From Spirochaetia bacterium (GTDB lineage Bacteria > Spirochaetota > Spirochaetia > UBA9216), in assembly GCA_963675665.1 (NCBI GenBank), contig OY776510.1, positions 3,456,001-3,520,000 of the forward strand: 64,000 nucleotides of DNA, written 5' to 3'. The notes below the pieces were generated by a model. The model ran no database searches and was not told the origin of the DNA. It worked only from the letters and a program-made list of their open reading frames with translations. The stretch's first letter is position 1. Each line of letters begins with the position of its first letter. Position numbers and translations under genes: made by a program. Below are positions 30,299 through 40,305 of this stretch, in pieces.

Positions 30299-31852
30299 TT
30301 ATTCCTTTACCAGCACAGGTCTGAAACCGAGAAACTCAGTACACCATTCCGGCGGTTGAGAACCCCTGGTTGATATACTGATATTATCGTCATTGGCCCA
30401 GCTTCCGCCGCGTACTGATTTTTCCACTCCGGGATATTTCCCGTAGTAAACTTCATTGTAAGCCGGATTTCTTGAAGTAATAAGCGCAGATGCAGGAGCA
30501 TACCAGTTATCGCACCATTCCCACAGGTTTCCCTTCAAGTCATAGAAACCGCTGTTACCAGGGTATCTGCCGTCTACTGTCAATGGTCCATTTGCAGAAC
30601 TATCGTTAAAAATTCCGGCTGAGTCAGATTCTGTTAATGCAGCCCATTCCCATTCATGATCATCCGGAAGTCTGACGGTATATTCAGACAGGTATGGCGG
30701 AAATTTGGATTCGAGCCAGTTACAGAATGAATCAGCAGCATACCATGAAATAAAATTAACGGGAACATTATCTTCTGAAACATCAAAATCCTTTAAATAG
30801 TCCTGGTTTACAAGACCGTCGCTGATAAGCTTGTCTTTATTTTCAAGCCGCCAATCCGGGTTTTCCGACAAAAACAAACGGTACAGATCGTTTGTAACTT
30901 CCCGATCCATAATCATAAAGTCATCAACTGCGGCAGGGTACGGAAAATTATTTCCGTCGGCGCCTATCAGAAACTGCCCGCCCGAAAGCATCAGGAACCG
31001 CATTCCGTTAACCGTTACAGCAGCTTGCGGAGCAGGGAAGTCGTTGCTGAAATCCCGTAGGAAAGACCCGTATTCTTCCTGCAGGGCCGGATACCATTTT
31101 ACGTTATTTTCTCTGTTCTCATCAGAAAGCAGGCTGTAAAACCAGAAAGGTAAATTCTCAAAAAACTTCACTGAATCCTGAAAGAAACTTAATTCGGTAA
31201 AACTTGAAACGATACCCGGTTTTACGTTTATGGAATCGCCGCTTTTTATTTCTTCAAAAATAACAACGGCATCGAGGAAATCCTTATAAAGGATTTCATT
31301 ATGTATAAAAGGGATTACACTGTATAAAAAACCAGACAATTCTGCCGTATTATTGTAACCTGAAGCCTGCAAATCCCTGAAAAGCGGACCCATTACCGGT
31401 TTAGGCTGATAGTTGTCAAAAAACGAATCAATCATACACCATTCTGCAAATTCCCTGAAAGAATTAATCAAAAATCCATCAGGATCTGAAATATCAACAG
31501 TAACAGAGAAGTTTTCTTTATTTGGTGAAAAAAGAGAACCGAATATTCTGTTATCACTAATAATTTCATCACTTATATAGTTAAAATATTTTTTTTCTAT
31601 GCTTACAGAATGTTTACCTTCGGGAACAAATACTTTACACGGTGTAGCACCCTGATATTTTCCGTCGATATAAACAACAGCATTTTCCGGTATTGAATTA
31701 AATGAATAAACGGTACCCGGGCGTATTATTCCAGGGAAAAATAAAAGAAAAAACAGGACAGCTGCAATAATTACGGAATAAAGAACAAGAAGATATTTTC
31801 CCGGCTCAACACCCATAATCGGTTTAAGTTTTACTTGATCGTTATCACTCAT
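30299..31852 (-). CDS. Membrane-anchored PEGA + SUMF1/FGE-sulfatase domain protein
   Basis: N-terminal TM, SIPENAVVYIDGKYQGATP (PEGA), RLPDDHEWEWAA, GNLWEWC, RGGSW, GFRP. Confidence 0.85.
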   Translation of the reverse strand: MSDNDQVKLKPIMGVEPGKYLLVLYSVIIAAVLFFLLFFPGIIRPGTVYSFNSIPENAVVYIDGKYQGATPCKVFVPEGKHSVSIEKKYFNYISDEIISDNRIFGSLFSPNKENFSVTVDISDPDGFLINSFREFAEWCMIDSFFDNYQPKPVMGPLFRDLQASGYNNTAELSGFLYSVIPFIHNEILYKDFLDAVVIFEEIKSGDSINVKPGIVSSFTELSFFQDSVKFFENLPFWFYSLLSDENRENNVKWYPALQEEYGSFLRDFSNDFPAPQAAVTVNGMRFLMLSGGQFLIGADGNNFPYPAAVDDFMIMDREVTNDLYRLFLSENPDWRLENKDKLISDGLVNQDYLKDFDVSEDNVPVNFISWYAADSFCNWLESKFPPYLSEYTVRLPDDHEWEWAALTESDSAGIFNDSSANGPLTVDGRYPGNSGFYDLKGNLWEWCDNWYAPASALITSRNPAYNEVYYGKYPGVEKSVRGGSWANDDNISISTRGSQPPEWCTEFLGFRPVLVKE

Positions 31853-31916
31853 ATAGTGAGATTATATTTATATCCCGGCCTTGTCAACTTTTGTTATTAC
31901 ATGATATTGTTTATAC

Positions 31917-32891
31917 ATGAATAGCTTTCTGCCTGATGTTCAGCGTAATACTGAAAGATTTTTAAGCTGGCGAAAACGCCGGCACAGAATAAAAAAGGAA
32001 AAAGAAAAACAGAAAAATCCTGTTCTTGACTGGATTGAAGCTTTTCTTTGGGCTGCAGTTGTTGTACTTATCCTGAATCAGTATTTCTTTCAGGCTTATA
32101 CCATACCGACGCCGTCGATGGTCAATACTCTTGAAATTAAAGACCGTCTTTTCGTAAACAAGATGATATACGGACCTGAACTTATTCCCGGCCGTTTTAA
32201 AACAAATACGGGAAGAATTCCTCATCGTAATGAAATTATAATATTTGAGAGTCCGACATATCTTTCAAAGGGTCCTGTTTTTGATATCGCGCAAAGGCTT
32301 ATTTACATGATTACGTTTTCCCTTGTCGATATTGATAAAGACAAGGACGGTATGCCCAAACCGCATTTTCTGATAAAAAGAGCAATGGCCCACGAAGGAG
32401 ATCAGATAAGGCTTATAGACGGCGAGGTTGAAATAATGCCTGCCGGGTCTGCGGAATGGCTTAAAGAGTCTGATTTCAAAAAACTGGTCGATAAGGATTA
32501 TATACTACGCCGTCTTCTTGATTCTGATGATTACCCTGCCATAAGAGCTTCAGCTTTTATGGATGCTGCGGATTATGCCGGAATAGAATCAAACAGTCTG
32601 TGGCAGGATGCATACTCCACAATGAAAACGTCATATACCGACATGTACTCCTGGAGCGGTTACCGTTACCAGGCAATGTATGAAATAAATCCGCATCTCC
32701 ATCAGTACGGAGCAGCCTGGAGAAAAACCGACAAGGGCTGGTATATTCCTGAAGGCTGGATTTTCCCTATGGGAGACAACCGCGACAACTCGCGCGACGG
32801 CAGGTATTTCGGTCCCGTCAGTCTGGAAAAAGTTCTTGGAAAGGCTTCTTTTATTTACTGGCCGATAAACAGAATACGATTAATTAAATAA
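31917..32891 (+). CDS. lepB: Signal peptidase I
   Basis: IPTPSMVNTL (Ser), LIKR (Lys), GDNRDNSRDGRYFG. Confidence 0.92.
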   Translation: MNSFLPDVQRNTERFLSWRKRRHRIKKEKEKQKNPVLDWIEAFLWAAVVVLILNQYFFQAYTIPTPSMVNTLEIKDRLFVNKMIYGPELIPGRFKTNTGRIPHRNEIIIFESPTYLSKGPVFDIAQRLIYMITFSLVDIDKDKDGMPKPHFLIKRAMAHEGDQIRLIDGEVEIMPAGSAEWLKESDFKKLVDKDYILRRLLDSDDYPAIRASAFMDAADYAGIESNSLWQDAYSTMKTSYTDMYSWSGYRYQAMYEINPHLHQYGAAWRKTDKGWYIPEGWIFPMGDNRDNSRDGRYFGPVSLEKVLGKASFIYWPINRIRLIK

Positions 32892-32904
32892 GCGGGGCAC
32901 ATCA

Positions 32905-33661
32905 TTGTCATACGTCAGCAGAAGAAACTGGAAGCGGAAATCTTCAGGATTCGGGTATTCCGATAAAGGCGGAATTCGCCTGAGAACAGTTATAATTTTT
33001 TTCTTTTTGCTTTTTCTTGTTTTTGAAATTATTTCTTCCATGTTTTTTACTTCCTACAAAGTGGATTCAATTTCAATGGAGCCTACAATTCCTTCTGGTT
33101 CCGTTGTTTTAACTTCACCTCTTATGTATGGTGCTGAAATACCTTTCACATCAATAAGGATTCCGGGGTTCCGTAAACCAGGCAGGGGAGATATCGTTGT
33201 TGCTTCTCCGGCTTTTCATCAACTTATGCCATGGTATCTTCGTGCTGCTGATTCCATAATAAGGTTTTTTTACCCTGCAGAAAAGAGGTATAGATCAGGA
33301 AAGAAACTGGGTAACCAGTAAAAGTATAAAGAGAATTGTCGGCTTGCCCGGCGATACTGTGCGAATGACGGATTTTGAAATACAGATTAAACCGGAAGGA
33401 AAGAATTATTTTTTCTCTGAAAAAGAAATAATGCAGGTAGAGTATTCTATTGAACGGTACAGCACGCCAGGTAATCTTCCTGATGATTTTCCGCTTTCAG
33501 GAAATATGAATGAAATCAGACTGGGCCCGGACGATTATTTTATGATGGGGGATAACCGTTCAAGATCAAATGATTCATATTACTGGGGGCCGGTAGGCAG
33601 TAATAATATTACTGCAAAAGTTCTTCTTGAATACGCTCCGGAAATAAAAATGCTGCAATGA
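32905..33661 (+). pseudogene. lepB: Second signal peptidase I, split by one extra T in a T7 run (33265-33271); real frameshift or sequencing error
   Basis: SMEPT in the first ORF; removing one T gives RFFTLQKRGIDQERNWVTSKSIKRIVGLPGDTV running into the second ORF with GDNRSRSNDS. Confidence 0.85.
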
Positions 33662-34803
33662 CAGTATCCCTTTATATCCATATACCTTTCTGTTATGCAA
33701 AATGCGAATATTGTGATTTTTATTCCGTACCTTTAAACACAATTCATGATACTAAAATTATTGAAAATATTTTAAAGACTATAACTGAAGAACTGAAATA
33801 TAAACTTGATATGATTCCCGACCCGCTGATAGAAACAATTTTCATAGGCGGCGGTACTCCGTCAGTTATTAATGCAACTTTACTGCAAAAATTTCTTAAT
33901 GAAATTAATGAAATAACAGACGGTATTTGCTCGTCCGATATTGAATACACAACAGAAGCAAATATTGAAAGCTGCAGCAAAGATTTTATAAAGATAATAT
34001 CTGATGCCGGAATTAACAGATTAAGCACAGGAGTTCAGAGTTTTGACACTAAAACACTGAATGAGCTGGGGCGGGCGTGTTATCCGGAAAATATATATGA
34101 AGCCGCAGAAGCTGTAAAAAAATCCTGGGGTAACAATCTGTCATTCGATTTAATATCAGGAATAAACATGAATTACAAAGACGATATCGGTAAAGCCGTT
34201 CAGCTTGCTCCTGATCATTTATCGGTTTACCAGCTCACTACGGAAGAGAATACTGAATTCCATCAGAAGATTTTAAACGGTGAGAAAAAGGAACCTGATG
34301 AAAAAACACAGATTGATTCATTAAACTATGCAAATGAATATTTAAAACTTGCAGGATATAAAAGATATGAGATATCAAATTTTGCAAGGCCGGGATATGA
34401 GTGCAAACATAACCTGAGGTACTGGAATATGCAGTCTTATATAGGCGCAGGGCCATCCGCCGTTTCATCTTTATATTTTCAGGACAGGAAGGTGCGTTAT
34501 ACAAATATAAATAATATTGATAAATACCTTGCTTCCCGTGATTATAAAACCGAAATATTGACTGAAACCGATTTTTTGATTGAGCACTTTATAATGGGAT
34601 GCAGGCTGACAGACGGAATAGACCCGAATATTTTCAGTGAAAGATTCGGGATACTGCCTGAAACGATAATACCGCAAACAACAAACCGCTGGATAGAACG
34701 TGGATTAATGGAAGGTGATGGTTTAAGGCTGAATGAAAACGGTTTATTGTTTCTGGATGCATTTCTTTCCGATGTTTATCACGAACTTGCTGTAAAAAAC
34801 TGA
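33658..34803 (+). CDS. hemW: Radical SAM heme chaperone HemW (HemN-like)
   Basis: LYIHIPFCYAKCEYCDF, GGGTPS, YEISNFA, HNLRYW. Confidence 0.9.
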   Translation: MTVSLYIHIPFCYAKCEYCDFYSVPLNTIHDTKIIENILKTITEELKYKLDMIPDPLIETIFIGGGTPSVINATLLQKFLNEINEITDGICSSDIEYTTEANIESCSKDFIKIISDAGINRLSTGVQSFDTKTLNELGRACYPENIYEAAEAVKKSWGNNLSFDLISGINMNYKDDIGKAVQLAPDHLSVYQLTTEENTEFHQKILNGEKKEPDEKTQIDSLNYANEYLKLAGYKRYEISNFARPGYECKHNLRYWNMQSYIGAGPSAVSSLYFQDRKVRYTNINNIDKYLASRDYKTEILTETDFLIEHFIMGCRLTDGIDPNIFSERFGILPETIIPQTTNRWIERGLMEGDGLRLNENGLLFLDAFLSDVYHELAVKN

Positions 34804-35031
34804 AAAAAATAAATAAAATATATTTTTATCTACTAAACATACTTACTTGCATCTTAATATTAAGCACGATTTTTTCTGATGTTTTACTAAAATACAGCAT
34901 CATCAATTTACATATTCATCAGTATTGATTGAATTTCAGCCTTTCGAATCGGATATTTGTCGGGGTTGGCACCATTCCTTCAAAAAGTTATAACCTATAT
35001 ATCTTATTTCAAAGAACCAACAGGAGAAACA

Positions 35032-36321
35032 ATGTACTCTGCATTAGAAAAATATGATCCGCAAATGTTTGAGCTTATCAAACAGGAAGAAGCCAGGCAA
35101 AGCGGTGTGTTGAGACTTATTCCTTCGGAGAATTACGTCTCTCAGGCTGTCCGTATGGCAACAGGTAGTTGTCTTACAAATAAATATTCAGAAGGATATC
35201 CTGGAAAAAGATATTATGAAGGCCAGCAGGTAACCGATCTTATAGAGAATCTTGCCAGGCATCGGGCTAAAAAAATCTTTAAGGCGGACCATGCCAATGT
35301 TCAGCCTTATTCGGGTTCGGTGGCCAATCTTGGGGCATATAACGCTTTGATAAAACCCGGACAAAAAATAATGGGTTTGACCCTTGGTTCCGGAGGGCAT
35401 TTGACTCACGGTTCAAAGGTCAGTATTACCAGCAAGTTTTTTGAAGCAGTAAACTATTCGGTTAATGAGAACGGCTATCTTGATTATGATGAAATCCGGG
35501 ATATGGCAAAGAGAGAAAAACCGGATATCATTGTATCAGGTACAACCGCATATCCGCGTGCAATAGATTTTGAAATTTTCGGCGACATTGCCAGAGAAGT
35601 AGGAGCATATCATGTCAGCGATATAGCTCACCTTTCAGGTCTTGTAGTTGCCGGGCTGCATAAGTCGCCGGTACCTTACGCTGATATTGTTTCAACTACA
35701 ACGCACAAGACACTCAGGGGACCGCGAGGCGGTATGCTTTTATGCAAAAATGAACATGCGGCTAAGCTCGACAAAGCAATTATGCCCGGACAGCAGGGCG
35801 GACCGCACATGCACACCATCGCTGCAATAGCCGTAGCGCTTGCAGAAGCTGATACCCAGGAATTTCTTGCTTACGCAGAACAGATCCTGAAGAATTCAAA
35901 AAGGCTTGCAGCAAAACTTATGGAAAAAGGGTTTACTCTTGTTACAGGCGGTACAGATAATCATATAATCCTTATTGATCTCAGAAACAAGAATATTCCC
36001 GGGCGTGATTTTGCCAAAGCGCTTGACCGGGCAAGAATTGTCGGTAATTTCAACACTGTACCACATGATCCTGCGCCACCGACAAAACCGAACGGTCTGA
36101 GAATAGGAACTCCGGCAGTAACCACCCGGGGTATGAGAGAATCGGAAATGGATATAATCGCCGATCTTATAAATTCGGTTGCTGAAAACATGGGTAATGA
36201 AGACAAGATATCTGAAATTTCCAAAGAAGTAATGGCTCTTACGTCAAGGTTTCCGGTACCGGAACATTTTATAATCCCGAAAAAAAAGGAAACTCCGCCG
36301 TTCGGCTGCGACGAAGACTAG
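35032..36321 (+). CDS. glyA: Serine hydroxymethyltransferase
   Basis: LIPSEN, NKYSEGYPGKRYY, GGHLTHG, TTTHKTLRGPRGG; start after AGGAG. Confidence 0.97.
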   Translation: MYSALEKYDPQMFELIKQEEARQSGVLRLIPSENYVSQAVRMATGSCLTNKYSEGYPGKRYYEGQQVTDLIENLARHRAKKIFKADHANVQPYSGSVANLGAYNALIKPGQKIMGLTLGSGGHLTHGSKVSITSKFFEAVNYSVNENGYLDYDEIRDMAKREKPDIIVSGTTAYPRAIDFEIFGDIAREVGAYHVSDIAHLSGLVVAGLHKSPVPYADIVSTTTHKTLRGPRGGMLLCKNEHAAKLDKAIMPGQQGGPHMHTIAAIAVALAEADTQEFLAYAEQILKNSKRLAAKLMEKGFTLVTGGTDNHIILIDLRNKNIPGRDFAKALDRARIVGNFNTVPHDPAPPTKPNGLRIGTPAVTTRGMRESEMDIIADLINSVAENMGNEDKISEISKEVMALTSRFPVPEHFIIPKKKETPPFGCDED

Positions 36322-36330
36322 TTATTCAGA

Positions 36331-36364
36331 ATTTCTGTTAACCTTTTACAGGGTTAACAGAAAT
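36331..36364. terminator. Bidirectional terminator
   Basis: atttctgttaacc / ggttaacagaaat perfect 13-bp inverted repeat between convergent glyA and sirtuin. Confidence 0.75.
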
Positions 36365-37089
36365 TAATTTTTTCCATTTAAAAGATTGCAAAAAATTTCA
36401 AGATCGGAAAATAATTTCCAGGCGTACGAATCAAGAGGTGTAGGCATATTATTTACTATAACAATCTTGCCGCCGGACCGGACAGTTTCAAGAGGAATTG
36501 AAGCTGCAGGCTGAACTACAAGGGACGAACCCAGAACAAGCATTAAATCTGAGGAAGATGCAATCATAAAAGCTTTCTCTATGGCGTCGGCCGGCAGGGC
36601 TTCGCCGAAAAAAGTAATATCAGGTTTAATTATACCCCCGCATAATTCACAAAAAGGAGTTTTATCCTGCTGTACGATTTTTGATACTTGTTCAAAAGTC
36701 ATACTATGGCCACAGGAAAGGCAATGATGAACACGGGGTGAGCCGTGAACTTCAATAATGTTTTTTAAACCGGATTTATGATGCAGAAGATCAATATTCT
36801 GAGTAATTACCGCTTTTAAAATTCCTTCGGCTTCCAGTGAGGACAGCATAAAATGGACAATTCCGGGTTCTTTACTCTCAATATCATAAATAAAATTTTT
36901 TGATTTCCTGTAATAGAAAGACGGATCACGTAAAAAAAAATTCAGGTCGAATATTTTATCTGCATCGGGATCATTATAAAGACCGTTTTGTCCGCGAAAA
37001 TCCCTGATTCCGGAAAAGGTTGAGATACCGGCACCTGTGAATGCGGTAACATAATCTGATTTTTTAATTAGCTCTTTTAATTCAATCAT
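36364..37089 (-). CDS. cobB: Sir2-family NAD-dependent deacylase
   Basis: GAGISTFSGIRDFRG, TQNID, HG, two CxxC, GSSLVVQPAA. Confidence 0.92.
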   Translation of the reverse strand: MIELKELIKKSDYVTAFTGAGISTFSGIRDFRGQNGLYNDPDADKIFDLNFFLRDPSFYYRKSKNFIYDIESKEPGIVHFMLSSLEAEGILKAVITQNIDLLHHKSGLKNIIEVHGSPRVHHCLSCGHSMTFEQVSKIVQQDKTPFCELCGGIIKPDITFFGEALPADAIEKAFMIASSSDLMLVLGSSLVVQPAASIPLETVRSGGKIVIVNNMPTPLDSYAWKLFSDLEIFCNLLNGKN

Positions 37090-37630
37090 TTATTATCATA
37101 TCGTCTTTTAATTCAACAGTTTCATATGGAGTTGCAAGAAAAGCAGGATCAACAACCTCCTCTGATTTTGTCATCATAAATGCGATTTTCTGGAGCATGG
37201 CCAGCGTCATATGCTGTTCCCACTCATCGAGTCTTTCAAAATTCGTAATAAACCCCTGATCAAGAAGAGAAGGTTTCTGAGCAAGAATATTATGAGCTTT
37301 TTGCGTTGCACGTACCATAACTTTTCGTTTATCGCTGTCGGTTCTGCTTCTTTCAAGTATACCGCGCTGTTCCAGACGTTCTACTATATTTGTAACAGTC
37401 GCCTGGCTGAGACTGACTTCCTTTGCAAGTGTACCCAGCGCAATTTTCTCATTATTTGCTATTACTTTGATAAGAATAAGCTGAGGACCTGTTAATCCGT
37501 ATTTCTTGACAAGTTTTTTTGAATGAAGATCAGTACACCTTATAATTTGTCGTAAAGAAATCAGCATGTCATAATAGACAGTATCAGTATTTAACAAAGC
37601 AGTTTTCCTTAAATGAAAAAGAATATTCAA
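37082..37630 (-). CDS. MarR-family regulator, EctR/CosR-like (true start probably further downstream)
   Basis: LRQIIRCTDLHSKKLVKKYGLTGPQL, SLSQATVTNIVERLE, DKR; divergent from osmoprotectant ABC operon. Confidence 0.85.
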   Translation of the reverse strand: MNILFHLRKTALLNTDTVYYDMLISLRQIIRCTDLHSKKLVKKYGLTGPQLILIKVIANNEKIALGTLAKEVSLSQATVTNIVERLEQRGILERSRTDSDKRKVMVRATQKAHNILAQKPSLLDQGFITNFERLDEWEQHMTLAMLQKIAFMMTKSEEVVDPAFLATPYETVELKDDMIIND

Positions 37631-37671
37631 ATAATATAGCAGTTTAAAGTTTTTAACAAGAAAAACCTTTT

Positions 37672-37838
37672 ATATTAGAATACAAATTATAAATATTTAG
37701 TATTCTAATAATAAATAATAAATATTTTTTAAATTAAATTATATATATGCCTATACAGTAAGTAATTAAGCACTTATATGAAGAGTATGGGGATAAATAA
37801 CCGAATATACTGTTGTTTATTATTTAGAATTATAATAA
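37672..37838. promoter_or_regulatory. Three putative EctR-type pseudopalindromic operators in the divergent promoter region
   Basis: TATTTAGT-AT-TCTAATAA (37694-37711), inverted copy at 37672-37689, TATTTAGA-AT-TATAATAA (37821-37838) overlapping a TATAAT. Confidence 0.5.
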
Positions 37839-37871
37839 TATATTTATATAACACATAACAGGGGGCAAGTT

Positions 37872-38558
37872 ATTTCTCTTTTTGAATATCTTGGATACTA
37901 CGGAAATACAATTTTAGAACAATTTATAAGACATCTTCTTATAATTCTTTTAAGTATCCCTTTTTCTTTAATTGTAAGCGTACCTATAGGTTTTGTAATT
38001 TCAAACAAACCTAAGATGGCAAAAATTGTTTTATATATCGCAAGCATTTTGATGACTATACCGTCGCTTGCATTATTCGGAATAATGGTGGTTGTTCTTG
38101 CGCCTGTACATTTGGGTATAGGTATTACGCCGGCAATACTGGCTATAATGATTTATTCGCTTCTTCCAATAATACGTAATACATATACAGCTCTTAACCA
38201 GGTAAATCCCAGGATGATTGAAGCGGCAAAGGGTATCGGAATGACACAGTTACAGATACTTTTTAAAATCAAAATTCCTTTGTCAATTCCTGTAATTATG
38301 GCCGGCGTAAGAAACGCAATTGTTCTTGGCATAAGTGTAGCAACATTCGCGTCTCTGGTCGGTGCCGGCGGTCTGGGCTATTTTATTTTCTCGGGTATCA
38401 GCCGTACCAATTTTTATATGATTATTACCGGCACAATTTTGGTTTCAGCATTGGGAATCGGAATGAATTATCTGCTTATGAAATTGGAAGAATGGGTGAC
38501 GCCACGGGGACTAAAAATCTATACACAGAAAGCGGGAGCAAAAATTGATAGAACTTAA
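37872..38558 (+). CDS. Osmoprotectant (glycine betaine/choline) ABC permease, probable ATT start
   Basis: TIPSLAL, LLPIIRNT, EAAKGIGM, GAGGLG; frame extends 48 codons upstream of ATG 38016 to ATT 37872 after AGGGGG. Confidence 0.85.
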   Translation: MSLFEYLGYYGNTILEQFIRHLLIILLSIPFSLIVSVPIGFVISNKPKMAKIVLYIASILMTIPSLALFGIMVVVLAPVHLGIGITPAILAIMIYSLLPIIRNTYTALNQVNPRMIEAAKGIGMTQLQILFKIKIPLSIPVIMAGVRNAIVLGISVATFASLVGAGGLGYFIFSGISRTNFYMIITGTILVSALGIGMNYLLMKLEEWVTPRGLKIYTQKAGAKIDRT

Positions 38559-39639
38559 GAATATAACAAAAAAATTCGGTAAAAAGATTGCTGTTGATAA
38601 TGTAAGCATGACTATGGAAAAAAATAAAATTACCATGCTTATCGGACCTTCAGGATGCGGAAAAACTACTACGCTTAAAATGGTTAATCGTCTTATAGAT
38701 GCAACTGAAGGAGATATAAAGATTAATGGAGAGTCTATATACAATCTTGACGCAGTTCAATTACGAAGAAGTATGGGGTATGTAATTCAGGAAACCGGGC
38801 TTTTTCCTCATATGAATGTTTTTGACAATATAGCAGTTGTTCCGAGGTTGCTTGAATGGAATGTGAAAAAAATTAAAACCAGAATTGAAGAATTGCTTGA
38901 TCTTGTTACACTCAATTCAACATACATGTATAAATACCCTCTGCAATTATCCGGCGGAGAGCGTCAGCGGGTCGGCCTTGCAAGGGCGCTTGCTGCGGAC
39001 CCTGAAATACTTCTTATGGATGAACCGTTTGGAGCTATTGATCCCATAAACAGATCGAAACTTCATGACTCCTTTATTTCGATACAGGAGAAAATTAAAA
39101 AAACAATAGTATTTGTAACACATGATATTAACGAAGCTATAAAACTCGGCGACAGGATTGCAATTCTGAATAACGGCCATATTGTTCAGCATGATAATGT
39201 AAATAATATTCTATACGAACCGGAAAATGAATTTGTTGAGAAGCTTTTAGGTCACGACAGAAATATAAAGGCGCTTGTTCTGAAAAAGAACAGAGATTAC
39301 ATTCAGCGTGATGGATTACTTACAGTTAAACGCGGAGAAAATCCTGAAGATATTCTGGCTTTAATTTTAAAAGCCGGCAAAAAAACTGCTCTCGCAATTG
39401 ACAGCAACGGAAAATTTGAAGGTGAGTTTATCATCAAAAAGAATAAACAGACAAAAGAACCTCATCTTGATTTCAACGATGAGGTCGTGGCCCTTGAAAA
39501 GAACGGAAACCTTCAGGAAACATTCTCCTTGATGATTGAAACGGGCGAGAGCGTAATGCCGGTTGTCAGTGAAAAAAATAAATTTGAAGGTATTATTGAT
39601 CTGAACGATATCTTTTCCGAGCTCGGAAGCGGGGCTTAA
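38545..39639 (+). CDS. Osmoprotectant ABC transporter ATP-binding subunit with CBS-like tail
   Basis: GPSGCGKTT, LSGGERQRVG, LLMDEPFGAIDP. Confidence 0.93.
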   Translation: MIELKNITKKFGKKIAVDNVSMTMEKNKITMLIGPSGCGKTTTLKMVNRLIDATEGDIKINGESIYNLDAVQLRRSMGYVIQETGLFPHMNVFDNIAVVPRLLEWNVKKIKTRIEELLDLVTLNSTYMYKYPLQLSGGERQRVGLARALAADPEILLMDEPFGAIDPINRSKLHDSFISIQEKIKKTIVFVTHDINEAIKLGDRIAILNNGHIVQHDNVNNILYEPENEFVEKLLGHDRNIKALVLKKNRDYIQRDGLLTVKRGENPEDILALILKAGKKTALAIDSNGKFEGEFIIKKNKQTKEPHLDFNDEVVALEKNGNLQETFSLMIETGESVMPVVSEKNKFEGIIDLNDIFSELGSGA

Positions 39640-39644
39640 CAGAT

Positions 39645-40292
39645 ATGTTTTTTGAATATTTTATTGAAAATCAGGAATCAATTTATCGAATGATACTGCA
39701 GCATCTGTTCCTTTTTATTGTTTCAACGCTGTTTGCTGTAGTTATAGGAATCTTTGTTTCAATAATTGCGACAAGGGAAGGTCATGAAAAAATCGGAAAT
39801 ATTCTGCTGACGATATCAGGAATGGCGCAGGCTGTTCCGTCGATTGCCGTTGTCGCACTTGTCTTTCTGTTTGTCGGAATAGGTATGAAGCCGGCAATTA
39901 TTGCCCTTGTTATTTACAGTATTGTCCCGATTATTTTCAACACATCATCAGGACTGCTCAGTGTAAACGCAAAGACAATTGAAGCCGCCAGGGGCATAGG
40001 ATATACCGACAACCAGATACTCTGGAAAATAAAAATGCCTATTGCCTCTCCGGTAATCATTGCGGGCATACGATCTGCCGCTACGATAAATATCGGAACA
40101 GCTACTATTGCATCGGTTATCGGCGGTGGCGGTCTTGGAGATCTTATTTTTATAGGTATCAAGCTGCAAAAATCACACATCACAATTACGGGCGCACTGC
40201 TTACGGCCATTATAGCCGTAATAGCAGACATAATTATTCAGCATGCAGGCAACCGGGTTATCCCCCGGGGGCTTACTATAAAATCAAAATAA
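39645..40292 (+). CDS. Osmoprotectant ABC permease
   Basis: AVPSIA, EAARGIG, GGGGLG. Confidence 0.92.
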   Translation: MFFEYFIENQESIYRMILQHLFLFIVSTLFAVVIGIFVSIIATREGHEKIGNILLTISGMAQAVPSIAVVALVFLFVGIGMKPAIIALVIYSIVPIIFNTSSGLLSVNAKTIEAARGIGYTDNQILWKIKMPIASPVIIAGIRSAATINIGTATIASVIGGGGLGDLIFIGIKLQKSHITITGALLTAIIAVIADIIIQHAGNRVIPRGLTIKSK

Positions 40293-40305
40293 ACAGGAGT
40301 ATAGA

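Noticed and set aside
34804-35031. Riboswitch upstream of glyA
   Set aside because: I could not recognise glycine, ZTP or THF riboswitch consensus elements; an Rfam scan would settle it.
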